Positions 17,509 through 26,081 of a DNA stretch of 64,000 bases are shown piece by piece. The stretch is from NCBI GenBank assembly GCA_964509125.1, contig CAZDVZ010000004.1, forward strand, positions 1,691 to 65,690, given 5' to 3'. The stretch's first letter is position 1, and each line of letters begins with the position of its first letter. The notes below the pieces were generated by a model. The model had not been told where the DNA came from and searched no databases. It saw only the letters and a program-made list of their open reading frames with translations. A program made the translations under genes and the position numbers. The stretch is from an uncultured Oscillospiraceae bacterium (GTDB taxonomy: Bacteria; Bacillota; Clostridia; Oscillospirales; CAG-382).

Positions 17509-17511
17509 GTA

Positions 17512-18729
17512 TTATTTTACAAGCTTGATAAAATTCTTCTTCCCTCTTTTAAGAACAACTCCATTGGAAAAAGCAGATATATCGTACCTACATTTAATGT
17601 CTGTAACTTTTTCTCCATCCACTGTTACACCGCCTTGCTCAACAGCACGTCTCGCTTCTGATTTTGAAGGCACAAGTCCGGAAACAACAAGCATTGTAAG
17701 GATATCAATCGTTCCATCTGAAAAATCTTCATCTTTTAATTCAACGGAAGGCATATTTGCAAAATCACCGGTGCCAAAAACAGCCTTAGCAGCACTTTGT
17801 GCTTTATCAGCCTCCTCGTCACCATGAACAAGCTTGGTAAGTTCATATGCCAAAATCTCTTTTGCTTTATTAAGTTCACTACCCGTCCATGAGCTCATGG
17901 CATCAATTTCCTCAATTGGGAGGAATGTAAGCATACGGATGCAATTTAAAACATCTGCATCGTCAACATTTCTCCAATATTGGTAAAAATCATATGGAGA
18001 AGTTTTATTTGGATCCAGCCAAACAGCACCGCTTTGCGTTTTGCCCATTTTTTTGCCTTCAGAATTGAGAAGAAGAGTAATGGTCATTGCATATGCATCC
18101 TTCCCCAACTTACGTCTGATAAGCTCTGTGCCGCCCAACATATTGCTCCATTGGTCGTCGCCGCCAAATTGCATATTACAGCCATATTTTTGATACAAAG
18201 CGTAAAAGTCATAACTTTGCATTATCATATAATTGAATTCGAGGAATGAAAGCCCCTTTTCCATACGTTGTTTATAACATTCAGCGGTCAACATCCTATT
18301 TACACTAAAGCACGCACCGACTTCTCTAAGAACCTCAACATAATTAAGATCAAGAAGCCAATCGGCGTTGTTAACCATTATAGCCTTTCCCTCTGAAAAA
18401 TCTATAAAGCGGCTCATCTGTTTTTTAAAGCACTCACAATTGTGAGCGATGGTTTCTTTTGTCATCATAGTACGCATATCTGTTCTGCCGGAAGGGTCTC
18501 CAATCATCGCAGTGCCGCCACCTATGAGAGCAATGGGTTTATTCCCTGCCATTTGAAGTCTTTTCATCAAACAAAGTGCCATGAAATGTCCCACATGAAG
18601 GCTATCAGCCGTAGGATCAAAACCTATATAAAAAACAGCTTTTCCGGAATTTATCAGTTCTTTTATTTCTTCTTCATCAGTGACCTGTGCAATCAGCCCA
18701 CGTGCTTTTAATTCGTCATAAACGGTCAT
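17512..18729 (-). CDS. tyrS: Tyrosine--tRNA ligase
   Basis: ORF 17512..18750. ATG 18729 is preferred, 9 nt after GAGAGG. HIGH motif (HVGH), KMSKS motif (KMGKT), C-terminal S4 domain. Confidence 0.95.
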   Translation of the reverse strand: MTVYDELKARGLIAQVTDEEEIKELINSGKAVFYIGFDPTADSLHVGHFMALCLMKRLQMAGNKPIALIGGGTAMIGDPSGRTDMRTMMTKETIAHNCECFKKQMSRFIDFSEGKAIMVNNADWLLDLNYVEVLREVGACFSVNRMLTAECYKQRMEKGLSFLEFNYMIMQSYDFYALYQKYGCNMQFGGDDQWSNMLGGTELIRRKLGKDAYAMTITLLLNSEGKKMGKTQSGAVWLDPNKTSPYDFYQYWRNVDDADVLNCIRMLTFLPIEEIDAMSSWTGSELNKAKEILAYELTKLVHGDEEADKAQSAAKAVFGTGDFANMPSVELKDEDFSDGTIDILTMLVVSGLVPSKSEARRAVEQGGVTVDGEKVTDIKCRYDISAFSNGVVLKRGKKNFIKLVK

Positions 18730-18818
18730 ATATACTATACCTCTCAACATTTATCTCTGTAGATAGTATAACATCTTTTTCCCAAAAAGCAATAGGCAAT
18801 TTACATTTTTTCATAAAA

Positions 18819-19454
18819 CTAAACATCAATAACGCATTTTATTCCCTTAAGAGCCAATTTATAACTTTCCGGCCTATGTGCATTTACAGATATCAGTTTT
18901 TTATCGTTCCCGATCCAAAGCATCTTTCCGATATGTCTGTATCCAAAAATCTTTGGTGGCACTTTTGTTACGATATCACCATAATTCATTACATTTACAT
19001 ACTGTAAAAATCTGGTTTTTAAGAAATCATAATTTTTCTTTCCATAAAAAACTCTTGGACTTCCAAAAGCAAACCCGTAAAGTCTATCCCTTACATCGGA
19101 GTAATTATACCAAACATACTCAAAACATAACGCCGATAAAGCGGCACCGTGACTATATCCTACTATTACCGCAGAATCAAACATTGAAGATCTTAAAATT
19201 TTTTCTATGTACGGAACAAGTCCTTTCCAAACTCTTAAAAAACCTCGGTGACAATACCAAGGTACATCCATTCCGTCATATGGCTTTGCGGGAAAATCGA
19301 AATTGTTTTTCCAATCTGCCGCCCCATTGCTTTTTTCAAAAAATATGTATCTTGTTCCATCTATTTTATATGTGGCATAGCTTCCCTCTTCATCAACCGT
19401 TTTATAATCTACAGAGAGACATTTTTCGTAAAGATTACAAAGATCAAATTTCAT
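18819..19454 (-). CDS. Class-3-lipase-like alpha/beta hydrolase
   Basis: 211 aa. Nucleophile elbow VIVGYSHGAA (GxSxG), upstream CHRGF, downstream GDIVTKVP (Asp) and AHRPESY (His). No signal peptide. SD GGGGGTG lies 5 nt upstream of the ATG. Confidence 0.65.
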   Translation of the reverse strand: MKFDLCNLYEKCLSVDYKTVDEEGSYATYKIDGTRYIFFEKSNGAADWKNNFDFPAKPYDGMDVPWYCHRGFLRVWKGLVPYIEKILRSSMFDSAVIVGYSHGAALSALCFEYVWYNYSDVRDRLYGFAFGSPRVFYGKKNYDFLKTRFLQYVNVMNYGDIVTKVPPKIFGYRHIGKMLWIGNDKKLISVNAHRPESYKLALKGIKCVIDV

Positions 19455-19466
19455 TACGCACCCCCT

Positions 19467-19500
19467 AAATAAAATGACTGTCGATTCAATACGACAGTCA
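19467..19500 (-). terminator. Rho-independent terminator after spoIIID
   Basis: Perfect 9-bp stem (19475-19483 TGACTGTCG pairs with 19492-19500 CGACAGTCA) with an 8-nt loop. On the minus strand it is followed by TTTTATTT (19474-19467). Confidence 0.75.
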
Positions 19501-19506
19501 AAAATT

Positions 19507-19791
19507 TTATACAGATCCTTTTTTTGATTTTTGATATTTCAGTTTTGTTGCCATGCCACCCCTCAAATGCCTTTCGGATTTGTTTTTTTGAAGAACGGCA
19601 TCCGCTTGTTGAAAAAGCGAAAAATCAATTTCTTTTAGGTAAACAGTAATATTTTTGTGAACGGTAGATTTTGAAATTCCGAATTTTTCCGCTGTCTTCC
19701 TTACAGTTGAATTGTTTTCTGAAAGATACGTACCCATATCGAAAATACGTCTTTCTCTCTCAGACAAACGGTCGGACTCTTTTATACTCAT
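19507..19791 (-). CDS. spoIIID: Sporulation transcriptional regulator SpoIIID
   Basis: 94 aa. HTH VRKTAEKFGISKSTVHKNI and the conserved C-terminal NKSERHLRGGMATKLKY. ATG 19791 lies 7 nt after GGAGAA. Confidence 0.9.
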   Translation of the reverse strand: MSIKESDRLSERERRIFDMGTYLSENNSTVRKTAEKFGISKSTVHKNITVYLKEIDFSLFQQADAVLQKNKSERHLRGGMATKLKYQKSKKGSV

Positions 19792-19867
19792 ATAAATTCT
19801 CCGTTTTGATTTGTACGGTAAAATATATGAAAAAGAGTCCGATGATATGCTATAAATATTTCAAAGT

Positions 19868-20626
19868 TTACTTCTTTTTTGCGTCTTCAAGTTCTTTTTC
19901 GGGATCTATTGTTGTGCCTCCTACTTTAAGCTCAAAATGAACATGAGTATCTTCCCCGATTTCTGCGATTGCGGTGTTACCTACAATACCTATAACATCA
20001 CCCGCTTTGACAAATGCACCCTTTTCAACGCCCGAAGGCAATGTGCTATCTAAATTCATATAATATGAAACAAGGTCATAATCATGTTCAACCGCAATGG
20101 TTTTTCCCATCATAGGATCATCATAGATGTCAAGAATCACTCCATCAGTGTATGCATAAACCGCACTTCCCGCTTCAGCAAGATAATCTACACCTGTGTG
20201 AACACGATAATCGTTCAATGTTTGTGAAAAAACCAAGGAATCTATAGAATATCCCTTGAGCTTTTCTCCTTTTACGGGATAATAATATTCCTTAACAACA
20301 GGGTCCGCCTCAATGCCGGATTGATTATTGTCAACAGGCTTTTCTGTTGTATCGGGATCTTTCACCGTAAAATCGGGAACGTAGATTTCAGGAGTAGTAA
20401 TGTTTGGAGTTTCTATGTCGATTTCTCCCAAATCATTATATGAATAACTTAAGGAAAAAACGCCAACCGCGGTTGCGACAACTACCATCAGCGCAAGAGA
20501 CATATACACAGATGCACCGTATTTTTTCATAAATTCTTTGTTTTTGAATTCTGAAAATTTTTTCTTAAAGTCAAATTTTTTGTTTTCGCCCTTATTGTCT
20601 TTCTGTTTTTTGTTGTTTTGTTCCAT
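19868..20626 (-). CDS. Membrane-anchored M23/LytM-domain protein, SpoIIQ-like
   Basis: ORF 19868..20665. ATG 20626 is preferred, 7 nt after GGAGGG. Lys-rich N-terminus, one TM helix (YMSLALMVVVATAVGVFSL), and a LytM domain with HxxxD (HTGVD) and HxH (HVHFE) intact. Sits immediately upstream of spoIIID, as spoIIQ does in Clostridioides difficile. Confidence 0.6.
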   Translation of the reverse strand: MEQNNKKQKDNKGENKKFDFKKKFSEFKNKEFMKKYGASVYMSLALMVVVATAVGVFSLSYSYNDLGEIDIETPNITTPEIYVPDFTVKDPDTTEKPVDNNQSGIEADPVVKEYYYPVKGEKLKGYSIDSLVFSQTLNDYRVHTGVDYLAEAGSAVYAYTDGVILDIYDDPMMGKTIAVEHDYDLVSYYMNLDSTLPSGVEKGAFVKAGDVIGIVGNTAIAEIGEDTHVHFELKVGGTTIDPEKELEDAKKK

Positions 20627-20653
20627 AAAATGCCCTCCAATGTTTGTTGTAAG

Positions 20654-20683
20654 TATTTTTACCAAACAATGAAGGGCTTATTC
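20654..20683 (-). promoter_or_regulatory. Possible forespore (sigma-F/G-type) promoter for the spoIIQ-like gene
   Basis: On the minus strand: GAATA (20683-20679), 15-nt spacer, GGTAAAAATA (20663-20654). This resembles my recollection of the sigma-F pattern G(C/T)ATA-15-GGnnAnAnTA. The match is by eye only. Confidence 0.3.
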
Positions 20684-20699
20684 ACATTTATTTACTTTT

Positions 20700-21305
20700 T
20701 TATTCGTTTTGCTCTGAAAGAATGTTTTTGTATTTTTCCCTTGCTTTAGAAACCTTTATTACATAATCACTTGTTTCTTCATAAGGGATCTCATAAAGTG
20801 TTTTTCCATCGTGCGAATACCGTTCGTCTGCCAACCATCCTTTAATCCTGTTATACCCGGCATTATAAGCCGCATAAACAGTTTCTTCATTTTCCAATCG
20901 TTCCATCAAGAATGACAAATAATATGTTCCATACCTAATATTTGTGACAATGTCGCATATATTTTCCGGATTTTCGGGTTCTCCCAGCCTCATTGCTACC
21001 CACGAAAACGTATCAGGCATAAGCTGCATCAATCCTTTGGCACCCGCTGACGACTGGGAATCTGCAATAAAATTACTTTCCGTTTTAATAACTGCTAAAA
21101 TCATATCTTCGGGCACGCCAAATTCATCAGATGCATTTTTTACTTCTTCGTAATATTCCAATTGAAATTTTTTTCCTAAAATAATCTCATCAATAAAATC
21201 GTTATTGGTATAGGGAATCCGATCTCCCATGCTCCTTATGATACAAAACAGCACGACGATACCTATTATAAGAACAAGTCCTAATAATTTCAGCTTTTTT
21301 GTCAT
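20700..21305 (-). CDS. Lytic transglycosylase (SLT domain), membrane-anchored
   Basis: 201 aa. N-terminal TM helix, catalytic ESNF, GLMQLMP, and the AYNAGYNR motif. Confidence 0.8.
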   Translation of the reverse strand: MTKKLKLLGLVLIIGIVVLFCIIRSMGDRIPYTNNDFIDEIILGKKFQLEYYEEVKNASDEFGVPEDMILAVIKTESNFIADSQSSAGAKGLMQLMPDTFSWVAMRLGEPENPENICDIVTNIRYGTYYLSFLMERLENEETVYAAYNAGYNRIKGWLADERYSHDGKTLYEIPYEETSDYVIKVSKAREKYKNILSEQNE

Positions 21306-21901
21306 AAAATTTCCTCAATACGCTTCAACGCTTTATCCACTTTATCTTTTAACTCCGTTAATGTTCCATTGTTTTCTATACACAAATTACATCTACTGCG
21401 AATATACTCATCTTCATACTGAGCAGAAAGCCTCTTCTGAGCCTCTTCCACAGTTTTTGAATCCCTATCTACGATACGCTTAATTAAAAATTCTTCATTT
21501 GCAAAAACGCCAATAATATAATCGCATTTTTCGTTAAGTCCGCTTTCAAAAAGAGTGGGTGCATCTACAAAGACGACTTTTTCACCTATGGCGCGATAAT
21601 TCTCTATTGTTTTTAATACCGAATCCAAAATATACTTATGTGTTATATCATTCAAAATAGATATTTTGCAACGGTCGCTAAAAACAATAGATGCAAGCTT
21701 ACCTCTGTTAAGCGAGCCGTCACTCATAATTATTTCTTTACCAAAATAATTTTCAAGTTCTTTCAAACAAGGACTACCAACATTTGTAACATTTCTCGAA
21801 ACCATGTCGCAGTCAATATAAGCGGGATATTTTTCACAAATCATCTTTCCGACTGTTGTTTTTCCGCTTCCGCTTTTTCCGCATATCCCAACTATTTTCA
21901 T
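21302..21901 (-). CDS. coaE: Dephospho-CoA kinase
   Basis: 199 aa. P-loop GKSGSGKTT. Typical CoaE length. 4-nt overlaps with both neighbouring genes. Confidence 0.9.
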   Translation of the reverse strand: MKIVGICGKSGSGKTTVGKMICEKYPAYIDCDMVSRNVTNVGSPCLKELENYFGKEIIMSDGSLNRGKLASIVFSDRCKISILNDITHKYILDSVLKTIENYRAIGEKVVFVDAPTLFESGLNEKCDYIIGVFANEEFLIKRIVDRDSKTVEEAQKRLSAQYEDEYIRSRCNLCIENNGTLTELKDKVDKALKRIEEIL

Positions 21902-22533
21902 AAATCAATAACCTTTCCAACAGATTCGGCGGATATCGCCCCAAGACGAATGATTTCCGGCTTGTCACCAACTAATGAGACAATAGTAGATTCAATTCCA
22001 ACAGACGTGTTTCCACCATCAATAATAGCCGGAATAACACCATTAAAAACATTGATAACAGAAGAACCTTCCTTTGGGCTTGGCATAGAAGAGATGTTTG
22101 CAGAAGTTCCCGCAATGGGACAATTCGCAAGTCTTGCCAGCTCAATGAATATTTTGTTTGAAGGCAACCGCAAAGCTACAGTATTAAGTCCGCCGGTTAC
22201 AGTTGAGCCAAGAACATCCTTTTTCCTCAAAACAACAGTAATGGGTCCGGGTGAAAATTTTTCAAAAAGTTCATATGCCCGTTTGTCCATATATGCAATT
22301 TCTTCTCCTTGAGAAGGATCGTATAAATGACAGATCAAACCCTTATTTGAAGGTCTTCCTTTATGTTCATAGATCATTTTGCAAGCACTGTCAATCAAAG
22401 CATTTGCTCCAAGTCCATAAACCGTTTCTGTAGGAAAAGCTACAACCTCACCATTCCTTATAAGCTCTGCACAAACTTCAAGAGCTTCATAGTCAATTTC
22501 GTTGTCATTCATTTTAAAAATTTCTGTTCTCAT
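21898..22533 (-). CDS. tsaC: L-threonylcarbamoyladenylate synthase (YrdC/TsaC-type, single domain)
   Basis: ORF 21898..22548. ATG 22533 is preferred, 6 nt after GGTGGAG. FPTETVYGLGANA motif and GTSANISS. Confidence 0.85.
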   Translation of the reverse strand: MRTEIFKMNDNEIDYEALEVCAELIRNGEVVAFPTETVYGLGANALIDSACKMIYEHKGRPSNKGLICHLYDPSQGEEIAYMDKRAYELFEKFSPGPITVVLRKKDVLGSTVTGGLNTVALRLPSNKIFIELARLANCPIAGTSANISSMPSPKEGSSVINVFNGVIPAIIDGGNTSVGIESTIVSLVGDKPEIIRLGAISAESVGKVIDL

Positions 22534-22620
22534 ATAAATCTCCACCACTGTTTATAAAAAATATTCTATCACTTTTTAAAGTCCTTTTCAAGTGGTTGAA
22601 ATATTTTTTTTGAAAATCTA

Positions 22621-22649
22621 TTGTCTTTTAAGGAAAATAGTGCTATAAT
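22621..22649 (+). promoter_or_regulatory. Sigma-A promoter with extended -10 for metA
   Basis: TTGTCT (22621-22626), 17-nt spacer, TGcTATAAT (TATAAT = 22644-22649). Confidence 0.55.
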
Positions 22650-22691
22650 GGTAGCGTTTAATTTGGAGAATTATTTAATTTGGAGTACAAT

Positions 22692-23609
22692 ATGCCAATC
22701 AAAATACCGAACTCGCTTCCCGCAGCAGATATACTTTCACGGGAAAATATATTCATAATGGATGAAAACAGAGCAATGGCTCAAGACATTCGCCCGTTAA
22801 AAATAGCAATATTAAATTTAATGCCTACAAAAATTGTTACGGAAACACAATTACTGAGATTGCTTTCCAATACACCTCTACAAGTAGATATAAGCTTTAT
22901 GAACACCGTTTCAAGAGTTTCACGTCACACACCCGCAGACCATTTAACAGAATTTTATGGTACTTTTAATGATTTCAGACATATGAAATTTGACGGAATG
23001 ATCATTACAGGTGCACCCGTTGAACATCTTGATTTTTGCGATGTTGACTACTGGGACGAGCTTTGCGAAATATTCGAATGGACAAAACACAATGTTTTTT
23101 CAAAGCTTTATATTTGTTGGGGGGCTGTAGCGGCTCTTAACTATCATTATGGAATCCAAAAAGTTAATTTTGACAAAAAGCTTTCGGGAATATTTTCCCA
23201 TAACACGTTAATTCCTTCTCATCCGCTTACAAGGGGGTTCGACGAAGAGTTTAGAGTTCCCCATTCTCGTTTTTCGGGAGTATCTGAAAAGGATATTAAA
23301 AAAACGGGCTCTCTTGATCTTTTGGCATCATCTCCCGTTGCGGGACCTTATTTGATTGCTTCGAAGAAGTATAGAGAAGTATTTTTAACAGGACATCCCG
23401 AATATGATTTTGACACCTTGGCAAAAGAATATACAAGAGATATGGAAAAAGGGTTGTCACCTTCGATTCCGGAAAATTATTTTCCGGATAATAACCCTGC
23501 ATTGACCCCAAAAAATCTTTGGCGTTCACACGCACATTTGCTATTTTCCAATTGGCTTAATTATTGTGTATATCAAGGTACCCCATACAATACAGAAGAA
23601 ATAATCTAA
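22692..23609 (+). CDS. metA: Homoserine O-acyltransferase (MetA family)
   Basis: ORF 22680..23609. ATG 22692 is preferred, 6 nt after GGAG. MPIKIPNSLPA N-terminus, active-site LYICWGAVAAL, and GHPEYD. Confidence 0.9.
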   Translation: MPIKIPNSLPAADILSRENIFIMDENRAMAQDIRPLKIAILNLMPTKIVTETQLLRLLSNTPLQVDISFMNTVSRVSRHTPADHLTEFYGTFNDFRHMKFDGMIITGAPVEHLDFCDVDYWDELCEIFEWTKHNVFSKLYICWGAVAALNYHYGIQKVNFDKKLSGIFSHNTLIPSHPLTRGFDEEFRVPHSRFSGVSEKDIKKTGSLDLLASSPVAGPYLIASKKYREVFLTGHPEYDFDTLAKEYTRDMEKGLSPSIPENYFPDNNPALTPKNLWRSHAHLLFSNWLNYCVYQGTPYNTEEII

Positions 23610-23620
23610 AGGTGTGAACC

Positions 23621-24532
23621 ATGGAAAAAAATATCAAAGACAAGATCTTAAAATTAAAGCGAGAAAAAAATGCATATATCGTTGCACATTATTATCAACC
23701 ACTTGAAATCCAGCTTATTGCTGATGATGTGGGTGATTCCTTTGAACTTGCAAAAAAATGCGTGAAAACAGATTCAAAAATTATAATTTTCTGCGGTGTA
23801 CATTTTATGGGAGAAAGCGCAAAGATTTTATCACCTGATAAACGAGTCTTTGTGCCCGCAGAAAACGCGGGATGTCTTATGGCCGATATGATCACGCCCG
23901 AAAAGCTATTGGAACTGAAAAGAATGCATCCCGATGCCGCCGTGGTTTGTTACATCAACTCCTCGGCATCGGTTAAAGCCCTCTCAACAATTTGTTGCAC
24001 ATCATCTAACGCAGAAAAAGTTGTTGCATCGCTCCCTCACAAAAAAATAATTTTTGCACCGGATAAAAATTTGGGAGAATATGTATCAAAACTTTTTCCC
24101 GAAAAAGAGTTTATATTATACGACGGCTGCTGTCCCATACATCACAATGTTACGGCTTTGGAAATGTATCAAATGAAACAAACATTTCCAAATGCTTGTT
24201 TTTTGGCACATCCGGAATGTAAAGCGGAAGTTTCTGACATTGCAGATGTTGTCGGCAGCACTTCAAAGATATTAAAGCATTGCGAAGAATCCGCCGCGAA
24301 TGAATATGTTATAGCAACAGAAATAGCCATAGAACAACGTCTATCTCACTATTTTCCAAACAAAAAATTCCACACCGCTTCTCCAAAACTTATTTGCGAA
24401 GATATGAAAAAAACTACATTGGAAAAAATTTACATGTCTCTGCTTAACGGAGAAGGCGAAATTATTTTAGAGCAAAATGTTTCTGAGAAAGCCTATGAGG
24501 CATTAAAAAGGATGATGGAAATAAATGCGTAG
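23621..24532 (+). CDS. nadA: Quinolinate synthase
   Basis: 303 aa. Type NadA pattern (VAHYYQ, FCGVHFMGE, YINSS, conserved Cys residues). Heads the nadA-nadB-nadC cluster. Confidence 0.9.
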   Translation: MEKNIKDKILKLKREKNAYIVAHYYQPLEIQLIADDVGDSFELAKKCVKTDSKIIIFCGVHFMGESAKILSPDKRVFVPAENAGCLMADMITPEKLLELKRMHPDAAVVCYINSSASVKALSTICCTSSNAEKVVASLPHKKIIFAPDKNLGEYVSKLFPEKEFILYDGCCPIHHNVTALEMYQMKQTFPNACFLAHPECKAEVSDIADVVGSTSKILKHCEESAANEYVIATEIAIEQRLSHYFPNKKFHTASPKLICEDMKKTTLEKIYMSLLNGEGEIILEQNVSEKAYEALKRMMEINA

Positions 24533-26081
24533 ATATTTATTTAACTCACAAAAAATAAAGGAAGCAGATATATACGACTTTGATGCAGTAGTGGTCGGAA
24601 GCGGAATTGCAGGACTATATGCGGCTTTGCATCTTGATTCGGGTATGCAATGTGCAGTTATAACCAAAGCAAATATCGATGAAAGCAACTCATATCTTGC
24701 TCAAGGAGGAATTGCGGCGGTTTTGACTGAAGATGATACTTATATCGCACATATCGAAGATACTTTAAAAGCCGGAGCAGGACTTTGTGATCCGGAAGCT
24801 GTAAAAGTTCTGGTAGAAGAAGGGCCGGAAAATATAAAAACTCTCATCGATATGAAAATACCCTTTGATGTAAATAGTGAAGGCGATCTCCACATCACCA
24901 GAGAAGGAGGTCACCGAGTTCGTCGCATCGTACACTGTGGCGGAGATGCTACGGGAAAAGAAACCACAAAACAACTTGGAAGACTTGCTTTTACCAAAGA
25001 AAATCTTCACTTTTTTATGGAATCATACCTTGTAGATATTTTAACTGACGAAAAGGGTGTTTGTGGAGTTGTATGCTTTGTGGGAGAAGAATATAAAATA
25101 TTACGAACCTCAAATGTAATTCTCGCTACAGGTGGATGCGGACAAGTTTATGCATACACCACAAACCCTCTCGGCTCAGTAGGAGACGGAATTGCTGCCG
25201 CCGCAAGAGCGGGAGCTAAGATCCACAATATGGAAATGGTACAGTTCCATCCCACAACACTAATACCAAAGGAAAACACTGACCGGCTTTTTTTGATTTC
25301 CGAGGCCGTAAGAGGCGAAGGCGCAATTCTCAAAAATCATATGGGCGAGCCTTTCATGAAAGGGAAGCATGAAATGGCAGATCTTGCGCCAAGAGATATC
25401 GTAACACGAGAAATTTTAAAGGAGCTTGATAGAACAGAAACAGACAGAGTATATTTAGATTGCAGCGCTATGACAAAAGAGTTTTTTGCCAAAAGATTCC
25501 CCACCATCAATAAAGAGTGTCTAAAAAGAGGAATCTGCGTTCCGCAAGATTACATTCCCGTTCGTCCTGCACAGCATTATCTAATGGGCGGAGTTAAAAC
25601 AGATCTTAACGGAATGACGAATATAAATGGATTATATTGCTGCGGCGAAGCCGCTGAAAGCGGGATCCACGGAGGTAATAGACTCGCTTCCAATTCAGTT
25701 TTGGAATGTCTTGTTTTCGGACGAAGAGCTGCACGTTCAATAAATGAAAAAAAGCGAACAGTGAGAAAAATCGAACTGCATAATGAATTTTCCGAAAGCA
25801 TGGGTCCCATACTGAGTAACGAAAAATTAAATATGTATTTTTCTGAAATCAAGATGACCATGTCAAAATATGTAGGTGCAGTAAGATCCCCAAAAGGGCT
25901 TAAGAATGCATACGAAAAAATATCACTCATTTACAATGATATGGAAAATTCCGATTTAACAAAACCATATGATTATAAAATATATAATATGTGCCAAGTA
26001 TCAATGATGATAATAGAAAGCGCTATGAATCGTCAAGAAAGTATCGGCGCACATTATATCGTGGAGGACTATGATGACTAA
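24525..26081 (+). CDS. nadB: L-aspartate oxidase
   Basis: 518 aa. FAD-binding VVVGSGIAGL, RPAQHYLMGGVKTD, and GLYCCGEAA. Confidence 0.9.
   Translation: MRRYLFNSQKIKEADIYDFDAVVVGSGIAGLYAALHLDSGMQCAVITKANIDESNSYLAQGGIAAVLTEDDTYIAHIEDTLKAGAGLCDPEAVKVLVEEGPENIKTLIDMKIPFDVNSEGDLHITREGGHRVRRIVHCGGDATGKETTKQLGRLAFTKENLHFFMESYLVDILTDEKGVCGVVCFVGEEYKILRTSNVILATGGCGQVYAYTTNPLGSVGDGIAAAARAGAKIHNMEMVQFHPTTLIPKENTDRLFLISEAVRGEGAILKNHMGEPFMKGKHEMADLAPRDIVTREILKELDRTETDRVYLDCSAMTKEFFAKRFPTINKECLKRGICVPQDYIPVRPAQHYLMGGVKTDLNGMTNINGLYCCGEAAESGIHGGNRLASNSVLECLVFGRRAARSINEKKRTVRKIELHNEFSESMGPILSNEKLNMYFSEIKMTMSKYVGAVRSPKGLKNAYEKISLIYNDMENSDLTKPYDYKIYNMCQVSMMIIESAMNRQESIGAHYIVEDYDD

Noticed and set aside
19792-19867. 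Possible sigma-E-type promoter for spoIIID (ATATC...CATATATT on the minus strand)
   Set aside because: The match to my recollection of the sigma-E consensus (ATATT spacer CATACA-T) is partial, and I am unsure of the correct spacer length. It is not reported as a feature.
21638-22312. 224-aa plus-strand ORF spanning the coaE/tsaC junction
   Set aside because: It is antisense to two well-supported genes with clear motifs (the coaE P-loop and the YrdC motif). It crosses their boundary, has no recognisable domain and no ribosome-binding site. I judge it a shadow ORF.
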